Below, in pieces: positions 1-12,898 of a stretch of DNA of 64,000 nt (the stretch's first letter is position 1; each line of letters begins with the position of its first letter). This DNA is from Lepidodermella squamata (Eukaryota; Animalia; Gastrotricha). Location: contig JBLDXI010000025.1 of NCBI GenBank assembly GCA_047495785.1, positions 620,001 through 684,000 on the forward strand. Reading direction: 5' to 3'. The position numbers and the translations under genes are program-made. The notes below the pieces were generated by a model. The model had not been told where the DNA came from. It made no database searches and saw only the letters and a list, made by a program, of their open reading frames with translations.

Positions 1-725
1 ATGCGCATTTGAGGCGTAGAACGTAAAAATGTCCTTTATAGTTATAGGGGTAATCAAACGATACGCTTGTTGTCAAAACAGACTGTCATCTGCCGCGTGT
101 CTGACTTGAATCGACGTTGCTTTCTCTGTGCTGTGAAGTTGCTGCGCAATGGAGTATTCACTCATCAGTGAAATGCCTAATCTTTAGACATATCGATGTC
201 ACCCTAGGACATATTTTCCTTCCCTATGGATATCACATAATGAAATGTATTACAGAAATAGCGAAATTTGAATCCAACAGCTGGAGAACTCACATGTTGT
301 CCGTCTCACCTGTACTTCAAACTAAAAGAAGCCGTATTCCAAGCACAAACACGGAATGCATGAGCGACCAGGACAAGATTAGAAGGATAATAATAAGCTC
401 CTCTGCTCCTGCGCTTTGCTCGAAACTATTTTTCTGATATCGCGGGGTGAGCGACAGGAGTTCTAGTGATCAGGCACGTGACTGACTTGGCCGAGATGCA
501 AAAAGTTAGTTTCACGCCATTTGTTATTTGTTTGTATTCTAGGCAAGTCGTTCTGTCGCGCACCGATATCTCGGAGGAGTCTCCGAGTAAACCAGTTGCT
601 GTATAGAAATCTTGCTGCATAGATTTCTTTGGTAATTGGTTTTGCAAAAAAAATTCAGAACATTTTCAATTTATGCTTCATCAATTGAAAGATTGAGTTC
701 AATTCAAGAGCCTGGATACGTCTGG

Positions 726-3700
726 TCATACATTAGATGGCTGGGTGCTCGAACTAGGAATGCCCACGCCAGCAGCAGAGTCTAATTTTTCAACCTTTAC
801 GGTTAGGGGTAGCAACAAGACGAGGCTCATTATCGCAGAATAGACGAGTTCGATGAAAGCCAGCACTGCGTTTAGCACGCACGGCTTGTTTGACGAAGCG
901 ACCAAAACGAGCATAATCACCCCGGCAGCTAGCATCGTTAGCGCATTCACAGCAGCTGCTCTGATTAGCTTGCAGCTCAGAGCAAATTCATTAGGCATAA
1001 TACGGCGTCGGAGATCAACTGAGAACAAATTTGCCAGTGAAATCAGCCCGAAATTGTACGCAAGAACGGCGCCTAGCCAGTAGGTCAGATTCCCAGAGCT
1101 GCAAGACATCACATCCAGCTCGAAATAAGTATCAGCCACCTCGTCGAAAGCAACAGGATTTTTGAATAGAGCAAGCTGCATTGGTTCTTTGATGATCCAA
1201 AGAAGCAGGCCGATGATATTGACACCTAGAGCTACACTCATAGATTGAGACATTTGCAGCTCGTTTCGATACCTATCACTGTGGAGGGTTGAAACTCGAT
1301 TTTGAATGACAATCCCATGCGTTTCATATGACTGTGAACTCGGTCGAACCCGGAAAGATCGCTTCCACCTTGCCAGATGGTTGATGTAACGAATAGCTCT
1401 GTTATTCACTCGATAAGTTCTCACGCGGACGAACTTGCTGTAGACAAAGATTTGACTGAAAAGCAGGCTGTGAAACATGCTCAAGCTTATCGATATCAAA
1501 ACTATTCTCCATCTGCATTCTGTTTCTGGGAAGTAATCATGGCCAAAGATTAGGAAAATCGCAGATCCATTCAAGCCTAAACAGGCGAAGAAGACAAAGT
1601 ATTTCTTCCAATTCGTGTAAAACGTCTCCGGTTTCGCTCGGGCTGTTGCCGTGAGCAGAAGGACTTGCATCATCGTCACGGACACAGCAAAACAGGCGAC
1701 AATTCCACTCATTATTCTGCCGCAGTAACCTATCCTTAGTTCAATGTTAGAAAGGTCTCTTGGAGGAAGTCCTGTTTTTGTAGCCCATATTGGTTCAGCA
1801 TCCAGTTGGTATGAAAACGACCGCTTCTCGTGGTTGTACGGCAGATGCGCCACGCGACGAGCTTGAAACTTGTACGCTTGCATGATCGTTAGGTCTTGAT
1901 ACATGTCCCCATTTTCATCTCGCTTGATTCTAGGATTTCGAAATCCAACTGCATCAAGCTCTGCCGTGGTACGATTAGCAACGCTGTATATCAGATCCCT
2001 GTATTTAGGATTCTTGAAGTCAGCCAAGGATAGACTATAGTTTTGCTTTAGGATAGCATCGGTTTTGTTTAATGCTAGCAACGACAACATCTGAGCGTCG
2101 TAGTCACCCAGTCGAATGGTATCAATGCCAATTACCTTCCCAACGTCTAGCATCTTTTCGACGAGCATTCTGTCATATTCAGCTGAGCTTATTCCCAGAC
2201 TTGAAATTCCAGGGGTTTCGAAAGGTCTGGTCGGAATTCCGATTGCGAACAGGGCTGATAGCTGGGTGTCGACGATTTCCCTCGTACATTCATCAGCTAT
2301 GTAGGCGTCTCGATCCAGGTTCCAGGTTAAGCAAGCTGGAATCGAGACGATGAAATGATACAGAGGTGGCCTCATTCCATTGTGATAGGCCTTGCATAGC
2401 AAGATCTGGCATTCGTAGGCGCCGTAGGGGAAAATGAGAACGATTCTGACTTTTTGCAACGGTTTGAGATCTTCGTCCTCCGTATCACCAAACCAAAATG
2501 ACCCAACAGATTCGCTGACTTCGATGTTGTTCGCTGTCAAGATTTTGTACGTCTCCATGGCTGACATGGGAACGTCACGAAGCCACCAAGAGTAGATGAT
2601 GCCAACACGCTTCCAACCGCCCAGACTTTTTATAGCCTCTAAGAACGCGTATTTGTATGTGCTCACGGATCCCAGAGTCGTGTAGAGGTTGTTGAAGAAT
2701 GCACGTCGCCTCGACTCGACATACGGTCCTGCGCAGCTCGGCGTGGTCTAATCGCGAATTAAAAAGAGATTTGCGATATATAGTGAAATCATTGCCAAGT
2801 TACTGTATTGAATTCAGTACCAAACATCATTGACTTCAGCACCAAATTATTCCATAAAGTTCCGAATCCCCATATTTGAGACCCAGTCTTCAACCCTAAC
2901 CTATCCCAACCCTAACCCTAGCCCTAACCCTAACCCCAACCCTAACCAGTTATAAATAACAAAAAGTGGTTAGGTATTGAATCAAATGCAATTTGGTACG
3001 CAGGTGTAAGATTTTCTATTTTCCCAAAGATTCAGTGCTTAACGCATTCCATTTGTTGTAAAATTTATTGATTTTCATAGCCATCGTGGCGTTTCATGTG
3101 CACGGCTATTCAAGCAATAGAAATGAGTTGAATCAAATGGCGAATTTACATCAAGGCATTCCGATATATTTCGTTAGTTGCATTAGAATTGAGGTGATCT
3201 CAAATTTTCGCAGCAGAGTTTTACAATTTTTAAAATCAAATTTTTGAGACATAATTAATTGTATTTTAATTGCACCGAATTCACAGCAAATGTTGTGAAA
3301 TTGAATGGTTTTATGAGAGTTGGTTTATTATTTTCGTTGGTTTCTTCAGCCATCGTGCGATTCACATTGCTAATGAGCTAAATCGACGCATTGTAGTATG
3401 GAAACCTTGTGTATTTGGAATTTGGAATCCTGATATTCAATATTATTTTCAAAATGAAACATAGAGGATAAGAATTCTTACCATAACCATATTGATGCCA
3501 CGATACGTGCCAGCTGATGTGTCACAATCACCATCAGGTCCAACAATAACGGGTGCCAAATAGGTTCCTTCAGGCAGTTCCATCTCAAATAGCTCCCTCG
3601 CATGCAGGTTGCTTGAATTTTCCCAGCCATTGATCATCGGATACGGAACAAGTTCATAGTCGGCCAGAATTGTTGAAGCGTTGTTGATATAGTCGGCAAG

Positions 3701-3832
3701 CGCATATGCACTGGCGTTAGTCTTGTCCTGATCGCCAACCTGGACCGGCCACAGTAGTATTGGCTTATCAGCATATCCAAGAGGGATTATTACGGATAAA
3801 AGCATAAAATTCATCATTTTCACGCGATGCAT
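726..3832 (-). CDS. GABA-B-like class C GPCR, paralog A (exons 3832-3482, 2747-726; ~790 aa)
   Basis: Signal peptide and Venus-flytrap motifs (CQILLCKAYHNG, YDAQMLSLLALNKT, LSLADF). 7TM region resembles GABA-B (CRWRIVL, LWIIKEPM, CSSGNLTYWLG). A phase-0 GT-AG intron at 3481-2748 joins ...MVM to TTPSCAGP in frame. Confidence 0.88.
2892..2947 (+). repeat. Degenerate (CCCTAA)n telomere-like tract in the intron of GPCR A
   Basis: About 9 imperfect CCCTAA units. Confidence 0.8.
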
Positions 3833-5211
3833 TTCTTAGCTGAATGCTGAAAGAACTCGCCAGTAAACAGACTGGGGGATGACCTAGCTAGTCATAGCCT
3901 GACAAAACGTGACTTCTTTTCGAATCGTCGCTGGAATGTGATAGTCATGTGTGGGCTTTTCATCTTGAAACGACACGGCAACAGCTCGAACTCTAACAAG
4001 ATTATTAAACTTGCGAAACGGTATCATGTTGCTTTCAACTTCTGCGAATCGCGGGGGTTGATGGTTTTATATGTTTGGTTTTAGCATATCTATAGCCAAT
4101 AGACTTCCGCACTACCTTGAAAAGCGAATTCTTTGTAAATCATATTTTTTCCTTTCTTGGATTTCTGATGAGCTCAGCAGTGTACTGCTTTCGTAACACC
4201 TTAAACAACGATGTACCGTGTGCGTTCCGGTAAGGTCTGTGAAAATTCAATATCCGAAAACCGCAATGGAGTTTTACTTTTGTTGATTGTTGACTGAAAT
4301 GTGATAGACTGGAACGTCACTCGACTTCCGTGGTCCCACTTTTGTAAACAAATGTTCAAGCCGTTGAGGCTGACGAGAAGTTCCCTTTAGTCGACACCGA
4401 TTGGTGGCTCGTTGACGAACGTATGTAGCGTAACATAACAAGGTGGTATTGACCTCGCCAGAGTCTCCGAACACTATGATCGTGTAAAGCTGGCTATAAG
4501 TCCTCATGACCAATATATTATGACTGCACTGTTAATCGGTTTATCGCAGTGATCGGAAAACTCCTGGAGAAAATGGTGATCACTAATAAGGCTAGAGTTT
4601 TTTCTGGAAAGCTTGTAAAAATATGCTAGCTATTTTTTCTGGACTTCGCGATATGGATTCAGAAGCAACTGATAAGCTGAATCTGATAAAGCTTTTTATT
4701 AGCATTTAGCAAATTAAGATTTAATTTAATTATTTAGCAGATGAATGACACGATAAATCATCTAATACACCGCCGATCGTCCGTCGAATCATCTAATACA
4801 CCGTCGACTGTTTTGACATACATTTTCAAGAAGGTTCGTGGACTGGGCACTAGTGGAGATGGGAATGGAAAAACGACAATCAACGGTTTGAATTATTAAC
4901 TCTGGTCTTGATGGCTGGTTCGCTGAATGCGCGTCATCGTTGTCATGCTCCACTCACTTAATGAATGACCACTGCAAGGAAAAATGTTGATTCTCCTTTG
5001 CTATTTACAATATCCTAACCCAATTAATCTGACATATATCGAACCCAAGTTTGTAGCCAACTTTGCTGTTCTGTCAAAATGTCGCTGCTATTAACAATCA
5101 CTGATATGTCGCATAGCTATCCCTCACTAAGCTCCTTCCCGTCTATTTTTACACATCAAGCAGCTTCTTGAAATTGAAAATTTTTGTATTCATTATTTTC
5201 ACAGGCATTTT

Positions 5212-6083
5212 TCAACAACACGACTTTGATTTGGATTGTCTCTCGGATGGCTGCACAGGAAGCGTCCGTATGGTTGGAGAAGGTGTGAAGGGCAGAGCAA
5301 CAGCTGTTTCATTGGCCAGCTTCTGATCCAGCGCAGGCTTGATTGCCCGAGCAAGAGACTCGAACGCGCCTTCAACGTTGATTGCAGCACGTGCACTTGT
5401 TTCCATGAACAGGCAGTTGTGTCTCTCAGCCATTTTACGGCCCATTTCGACGCTGATTTTCCGGCCAGCCGTCCTGTCACACTTGTTGCCTACCAGCATT
5501 ATTTTTACATCGCTTAGCGAAATTTGCTGTAAATCAAAAACACATAAGAGATAGACTTTAAGTTGAAATATGATTGCTGAAGCTAGGTATAAATTATAAT
5601 AAAAAGCCCATAATTGCACTCTCACGGAATATATCGAGCTTTTCTGATAAACTGGATTCAGCGCTCGTACTAACATGCTTCTCCTATTGTGCTAGTGAAA
5701 TGATTACCTTTTCGATATCTGTGAGCCATCGTGGGATGCTTTCGAAAGATCTTTCATCCGTGACATCGTAAATGATCATGATTCCATGGGAATTCCTGTA
5801 ATACCTGTGCATAGAAGTGAGCTTTAAAAATTATTTGCCCACATGAGAAAGGGACTGACTGAACTGTGATTGACTTGAATATCTCTTGTCCGGCTGTATC
5901 CCATATTTGTAATTTGATGTCTTCTCCATCGAGTTTGATCTGTTGCGTCCTGTAATCAACACCGACTGTTGTGACGTAGTCCAGGTTGAATGAGTCGTCA
6001 ACATATCGCAGCAATAAGGCGGTTTTTCCCGTTCCAGAGTCGCCGACTATGAGAATCTTGTAAACCTGGTCTCGAGCGCTCAT
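5212..6083 (-). CDS. Rab-family small GTPase (exons 6083-5860, 5804-5708, 5526-5212)
   Basis: GDSGTGKT, TTVGVDY, WDTAGQE, YYRNSHG, VGNKCD, ETSAR and a C-terminal CC prenylation motif. GT-AG introns at 5859-5805 and 5707-5527 restore the frame. Confidence 0.9.
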
Positions 6084-6132
6084 CTCCAAGCAATTATACC
6101 TGCTTTTCAAAAATGAAAAAGGTAATGAGATA

Positions 6133-9100
6133 TCGATGATTTTGCGCTAAAGCCGACCAACGAGAAAAAAATTCCTATACAGAGTACTGCGCACAATAAG
6201 AAGTACTACGCGCGCATAATATTATAAGATATACTTATAGCCCGCATTCTGTGTGAAAAAAATGAATGTACTGGACAAATGACCAACAAATATAAGTGCG
6301 CTTTTATGGATGTTACCATGAAATCTTCTGCTTACCTGGTAGAGAACTGTCGAAAGTATCAGGAAATCGATAGAAAAGCATGTGCAACCGTGGGTTATTC
6401 ACCGCTAGGCGACTTGAAAGTGATCTGAAAGCGCAAAAACCTTGGAAAAATGCACCCACTGGTGTCTTGAGCGGCGTTTCTGTGAAAACCAAAATGGGTT
6501 CACCCACAGTTTTTTCACATTCCCTAGCCGAGCACATGGAGGGCTTATTAGGGAAGTAAGAAATAACCAGTTAATATGGAGGACATCCACGGCTTTTCAG
6601 TCTTTTCCCTCCCGGCTTGAAAATCGTGGAAAAAGCGAAAATTGTGTGTTTTTAGTCGCTCTTATCTCGAAAACACCCATGGTTGCACCATAGCTTTTTG
6701 TAGTCAAATAGGAGATGGCACTAGGAGGAAGGTTTTAACAGGGAAAACAGCAAGAACCACCCCAACTTATCCAAGACTTTTTCGTCCTGATTAGCACTCA
6801 CTACGTCACACCCAACACCTCGAAAATGCATGGCCTGGCGTCTTTTGGGGCATTGCTGGAAGAAAGAGCATGGGTTCAACCACAGTTTTTCACGTCCTTT
6901 AGTAGAGCACAAGAAGATCTTACTCAGGAAGTAAGAAATTGCCATTAAATGCGGTGTTTATCCACGGGTTAAGAGTCTTTTCTCTCCACATCCGATTCAA
7001 GTCCGAATCGAAGAGAAAGTGAAGATTTTTCATCTTTCATGACACTTATCTTGAAAAAACCCATGGCTGCACCATAAGTTTTTGTATTCAAACAGTAGAG
7101 GAGATTGAGAAGAAGGTTTCAAAAGAGAAAACAGCACGAACCACGACAACTTATCCACGACTTTTTCGCCTTGATGGACAATCACATTTTAAGCTCAAAA
7201 TCGAACTTCAAAACTGGGCTATTCACCTTACCTTACGCGGCAGAGCCCTTATTTCACCTGTAACAAGTTGAATGAAGCGCATACTTCTTATAAAATAGCA
7301 AATATGCGGGTGCTACCATGATTTGCCATGATTTTCCATTCGGTCCCAGACCGCGGTAACAAGACGGTTATGGTAACTTAGCTCAACTTAGCTTTTGTTA
7401 TCCTTCCATTTGTAGGGTGTAGAGTGGAGTGTGGTTCGGAAGTGCAAGAAACCGTGGATAATAACGATTTGAATCAGCATTTCACCTCCAAAGAAAGATT
7501 GCCTTGTTCCCCTTATTAGAAGGAAATGAGAGAAAACTTGGCTTACATAGTCTGAGTGATAGAGGAAAAGAAAAACCGCCGACAGCGCCATCTGCTTCAT
7601 CATGTCGGTGTATTGTGTGGTATTCAAGAAAATCAGCTGGAGTGAACACTTTTGCAACGATGGATCGAAACGTTTTCAAGTCGGATTAGCGGTTGTTATA
7701 GAAAGAAAAGATGTTCCTTGAAACCTCTATCGACGGAGCGGTCGACAGTAGGTGGGTCAATCGCACAATAGAGGCCGGCAAGGGACACGCAAGAAATCGT
7801 TTGTGTTGTGCAATAATGTAGCTTAACGACAGCATTCTCTTCCGCACTGGTCAGATTAGAGAAAAATGGCCATCCGTCGCGGTTTTTTTTTATTACGGAC
7901 GGTAAACATCAGCCAAATTCATTAAATTGACTGATCTGAGAAGAGCGATAGATTCAAGTGCTGCTACAGTCCCTCGGGATAACTTTTCCCATTGGCGCTA
8001 AAACGTGATGCAGTGCCATCTCATGTGGCTAAAATCCTTGCTTTTTAGTCATTTCAATCAACGCTGCACTCAACTCAACTTTCCAAACCGCGGAAACACC
8101 TTGATCCGTCATTTTCCCATATTTTCCGTCAAATGCGTCTATCGCGTTCTATTGTTGGCGCCGCCCACCGTCAACTTTTTTGTTTCCTGTTCAAAGAACT
8201 AACTAGCTTGCAAGTGCCTTTAGATAGGAAGCATCATCTTCGGGTAGCTGAGTTTGTGACCAATGTATGTAAGTTGGGTAGGTTACATTTGGTTAGGACC
8301 AGAGGGCAGACTCCCGTAGCCCGATACCTCCACGCCCATCTCCTTTTGGTCCGAGGTTGTGAGCATTTTAAGCACAGGGGCCCCGCCAAGGCAGGAGACG
8401 TCGGTCACTCCAAGTCTCTGGTAAACAAAGACCAAGTCTCCCAATTTGCTGGTAGCTAGTTAGCTAAAGCTTTTCTAGACGATCGTTTTGCACTCGCTGA
8501 GAGTCCGCTTTCGACGACAGCAGGGCGTACGCGACGCGACCCAACGCTTGCCGTGAATTACGTTGCCCGCTACCGCCACGGGGAGGCTGCCGTTGTCGCT
8601 TGAACAGCAGTCAGCTCTACGATCTAACACTCATTTGGGTAATTTTGTCAATAGGGCTTTCCATATTAGCAGTGTGGAACTTTAGCTAGGGGGATGGAAG
8701 GTTTTAGCGAACTGAATCGTTCAACCAAACAATGGCTGAAACTCGAAGGCGAGAGAATTAGCCGGTGGCTAGTAGTACAGCCGCGCATGTAGGACCGACT
8801 CATGCCGCTGCAAAATCCAGTCCAAGGGCCAACCGAGGCCGCTACAATGAATTGCTACAATGAATGAGGGTCATTGTGGGCCATTACGGTGATACTTTTC
8901 CGCGTTCACGGAACAGTGTGATGAAATCAACAACAGTATAGGTATGGAAAATCATGGCAAATCATGGTAGCACCCGCATATTTGCTATTTTATAAGAAGT
9001 ATGCGCTTCATTCAACTTGTTACAGGTGAAATAAGGGCTCTGCCGCGTAAGGTAAGGTGAATAGCCCAGTTTTGAAGTTCGATTTTGAGCTTAAAATGTG

Positions 9101-10150
9101 ATTGTCCATCAAGGCGAAAAAGTCGTGGATAAGTTGTCGTGGTTCGTGCTGTTTTCTCTTTTGAAACCTTCTTCTCAATCTCCTCTACTGTTTGAATACA
9201 AAAACTTATGGTGCAGCCATGGGTTTTTTCAAGATAAGTGTCATGAAAGATGAAAAATCTTCACTTTCTCTTCGATTCGGACTTGAATCGGATGTGGAGA
9301 GAAAAGACTCTTAACCCGTGGATAAACACCGCATTTAATGGCAATTTCTTACTTCCTGAGTAAGATCTTCTTGTGCTCTACTAAAGGACGTGAAAAACTG
9401 TGGTTGAACCCATGCTCTTTCTTCCAGCAATGCCCCAAAAGACGCCAGGCCATGCATTTTCGAGGTGTTGGGTGTGACGTAGTGAGTGCTAATCAGGACG
9501 AAAAAGTCTTGGATAAGTTGGGGTGGTTCTTGCTGTTTTCCCTGTTAAAACCTTCCTCCTAGTGCCATCTCCTATTTGACTACAAAAAGCTATGGTGCAA
9601 CCATGGGTGTTTTCGAGATAAGAGCGACTAAAAACACACAATTTTCGCTTTTTCCACGATTTTCAAGCCGGGAGGGAAAAGACTGAAAAGCCGTGGATGT
9701 CCTCCATATTAACTGGCTATTTCTTACTTCCCTAATAAGCCCTCCATGTGCTCGGCTAGGGAATGTGAAAAAACTGTGGGTGAACCCATTTTGGTTTTCA
9801 CAGAAACGCCGCTCAAGACACCAGTGGGTGCATTTTTCCAAGGTTTTTGCGCTTTCAGATCACTTTCAAGTCGCCTAGCGGTGAATAACCCACGGTTGCA
9901 CATGCTTTTCTATCGATTTCCTGATACTTTCGACAGTTCTCTACCAGGTAAGCAGAAGATTTCATGGTAACATCCATAAAAGCGCACTTATATTTGTTGG
10001 TCATTTGTCCAGTACATTCATTTTTTTCACACAGAATGCGGGCTATAAGTATATCTTATAATATTATGCGCGCGTAGTACTTCTTATTGTGCGCAGTACT
10101 CTGTATAGGAATTTTTTTCTCGTTGGTCGGCTTTAGCGCAAAATCATCGA
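6133..10150. mobile_element. Foldback-like non-autonomous DNA element with ~1207 bp terminal inverted repeats (6133-7339 / 8944-10150)
   Basis: The arms are near-identical reverse complements: the ORF track shows mirror-image ORFs, with one visible substitution. Both ends are flanked by TA. Each arm has two diverged ~380 bp internal units. The 1.6 kb spacer has no transposase ORF. Confidence 0.9.
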
Positions 10151-10851
10151 TATAAGTCTTGCAATGCAGCTATCTCAATTTCGGCCATACAGTGATAAAG
10201 ACAGCTGGCAAAACTGATAAGCGGACCCGAAACTTTGAGCTTTGAGCAATGCAGCATTATTTGTGGAGCAATTGTGATGAAAAATAGAACAGCTACGAAT
10301 GCGTATTAACTTAGACGGGAAACCTTCTCTGAGATCATTCGTGTCCGAAATTGGTTAGTCTCCAGGGCCTTTGCAACCATAGTTGTTTCTAGCAATAAAC
10401 TCAGAATTTTCAACAACGATGTCTCCTGATCAGGTTTCGCAGCTATAACCAATCGCATTATCCGACATTCAAGAGCATTCTAGAAGGTAAAAAACATTTG
10501 GAAAATGATTGCCTTCTTTGAATTGATTTGCATATCGAAGGAACAATCGTGATTAGAAAACTGTAGCATACACGCGAGGCCTTTTTGGCTGCTGAAATAG
10601 ATTTTTTGTTTTGTGGGAAATATCGACTGAGCAGGATATGGTATCTTTAATTCAGCCTAATAGGCCAATTATCTGCGAAACCTTAACGTGTAAGAGGCAA
10701 CTGCGTGACATATAGGAAACACGCATGAACCCTATTTCGAGAAATTTCCAAGCTCGAGCTGACGCTTCTCATCAACAGTTTGTGGCGACGATAACATCTT
10801 GTTTTCGAAATTGTAAATTTATGTTCAAAGTTCAAATGATGAGTCAGCGCA

Positions 10852-11764
10852 TTAGTCTAGGTATCGAGTGCACGACAGTAGGGCGAAGGCTCCCGCTGCT
10901 TCGAGGGCAGCTTTAATAGCATTGATAGCCTCCTTAGCTTTCCATGGCTTCCAAATCGCCTCAACGCCAGCTGCAACCGCCGAAATCGTAGCTTTCGACA
11001 CGTCCTTCACAAAGTCTTTGCAGGTATCACTGGACGAGCAGCAAACAGCGCCGTAGTCCACAGGCCGCTGCGATGGGCAGTGCTGCCAGCAGACAGGACC
11101 AACGCCTTTATAACCATTCGAGCAGCGATCGTAACACAGCGCAGCGTCGTACTCTTCGTTCGAGGAGCAGCCCATCGGCTTACCAACCCCGCGTCCATAG
11201 CTGTGTTTTGTATAAGTGTGAACATCGATTCTACAGGTACATCCGTCGTTTTTGTATGGCGGGTCGTGTTCAGGGCAAAACGAGCAGCCTTTGCTGAAGG
11301 TTAGACCGCAAATGTCGTACCAAGGACAGGCTTTGTTGTTGCTCGATATAATCTCAGCCCATCGAGTACAGAAAGCTCCGGTATCGGTATAACCACTTCG
11401 ACAGTTCTCCCAACACTGAGTTGAAGGCATTTAAAGGGTGTCCATATGGATATTAGGATTCTCGACTTACCACTGGCCCAACTCCCGTGTATCCCTCCCT
11501 ACAAGGCTGGTAGCATAACCCAGCGTCTTTATCTTGACCATCAGGGCAAGCGTGGATAGGCCGACCCACCCCACGGCCATAACTGTGCTTCCAACACGCT
11601 TCAGTGTCAAACGGCATTCTAGTGGCGTGCAGCCTAGTGTAGTTCATCAGCCATTCAACTTGGTCAGGGGCATTCGGATCGATGTATCCTGATTGCAGTT
11701 GCACGAATTCATCCGCGCCTGTGGCCAAGATGGGGATGAGAGAAATTACGAGGAAGAATATCAT
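10852..11764 (-). CDS. Secreted Cys-rich protein with two KHSYGRGVG..C..DAxLCY..C..GYxGVGPVCW repeats (exons 11764-11471, 11415-10852)
   Basis: Signal peptide MIFFLVISLIPILATGA. A 55 nt GT-AG intron at 11470-11416 joins GVGPV to CWENC, matching the second repeat. Ala-rich helical C-terminus. Confidence 0.85.
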
Positions 11765-12898
11765 TTTTTTAAATGCTTGAAATAACTGGTTGCTTTTTGA
11801 TAAGACTCGCCTTTCCTTGCTATGGGACCGATGTGGTGCCATGCCCTACCTGTGTTATCTCTGCACTCTACTGATACCACAGTGGCACAAACGTTCTTCC
11901 AAATATGAATAAGGAAGTGGATTCCTATGTCACGTTAAAAAATATCATAGCTACAAGCGAAGCAGCATCTACAAGCTGAATTTTTTACTCTGGCGAGCTT
12001 GTCCAATTACATCACGAACCTTCTGAAATGTCACTTGACATAAATCGACCTGTTTTTCAAATTTATCATGTATGGCTAATTTTTGAGGTTCCATGGCAGT
12101 GGTGATTCCGTTTGAGGCTCCGTTAAGAAAAACGTGGCAGTGGTGATTCCGGTTTCCCGAAAGGTTGGCCGTGAACACTCGATTAGCGTGATAATCTACA
12201 GCTCCCTAACAGCCTTCCTCAAGCATAGTACATAAACCGTTTTCAGATCTCAGAGTTGACACTCGAAAATCTGAATACTCTTTTATGCGTTGCAACACGA
12301 TCCTCGCGCAATAAAAAACCAGAAAACAATACGAAATGTCGAATAATTATGCTAATTGCTGTCGGTTTTCTAGAACGTGCCGAATCCATCACATATTGTG
12401 GAACCACTTAAAGGTCCGCTGATTGGTCAATCTATCGTTGGCTGTGATTCCTGGATGAAACATTATGGCCGTGCGAGATCCATTTTTTGCAACAAGTGTT
12501 TTTTTATAGCAGATTGCTACGACGGGGTTTACGCTCGCGGTCTATGGAAACCGTGCAGAGGGTGTAGCAAAGTCATTTTTTACATTTTTCACATGAGTAA
12601 AAGATACTTTGTTATTGGATCGCGCGGCAGAAGTGTTTCATTCCGGAGTCTTAGCACTAATCATTTGACCAATCAGCCGAAGTTCAACTTACTTGTGGTT
12701 CAACAATGCCAATTGACGCAACATGCCAGGACAAACGGGAAATATGGTATTGTGAAGATTTTAATCAAGGGGAATCTAATTTCCTATGCGGGTTGATACG
12801 CCGCGACAGGCGGAAAAGCCGAGTGGCAATAATCATGCTTTGTTTGAGCAGCGTTTGACTTTGCCCAGGGCACCGTTCCAGAAGACGCTTTTCAAAAA

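Noticed and set aside
853-1083. Recurrent 76 aa plus-strand ORF family (also 17632, 30793, 38469)
   Set aside because: Antisense shadows of the conserved TM5-TM7 coding region of the GPCRs
5684-5707. 24 nt micro-intron in the Rab gene
   Set aside because: It leads to a stop codon; the 181 nt intron to 5527 gives canonical Rab spacing
6313-9970. Mirror-image small ORFs
   Set aside because: A by-product of the TIRs; no protein features
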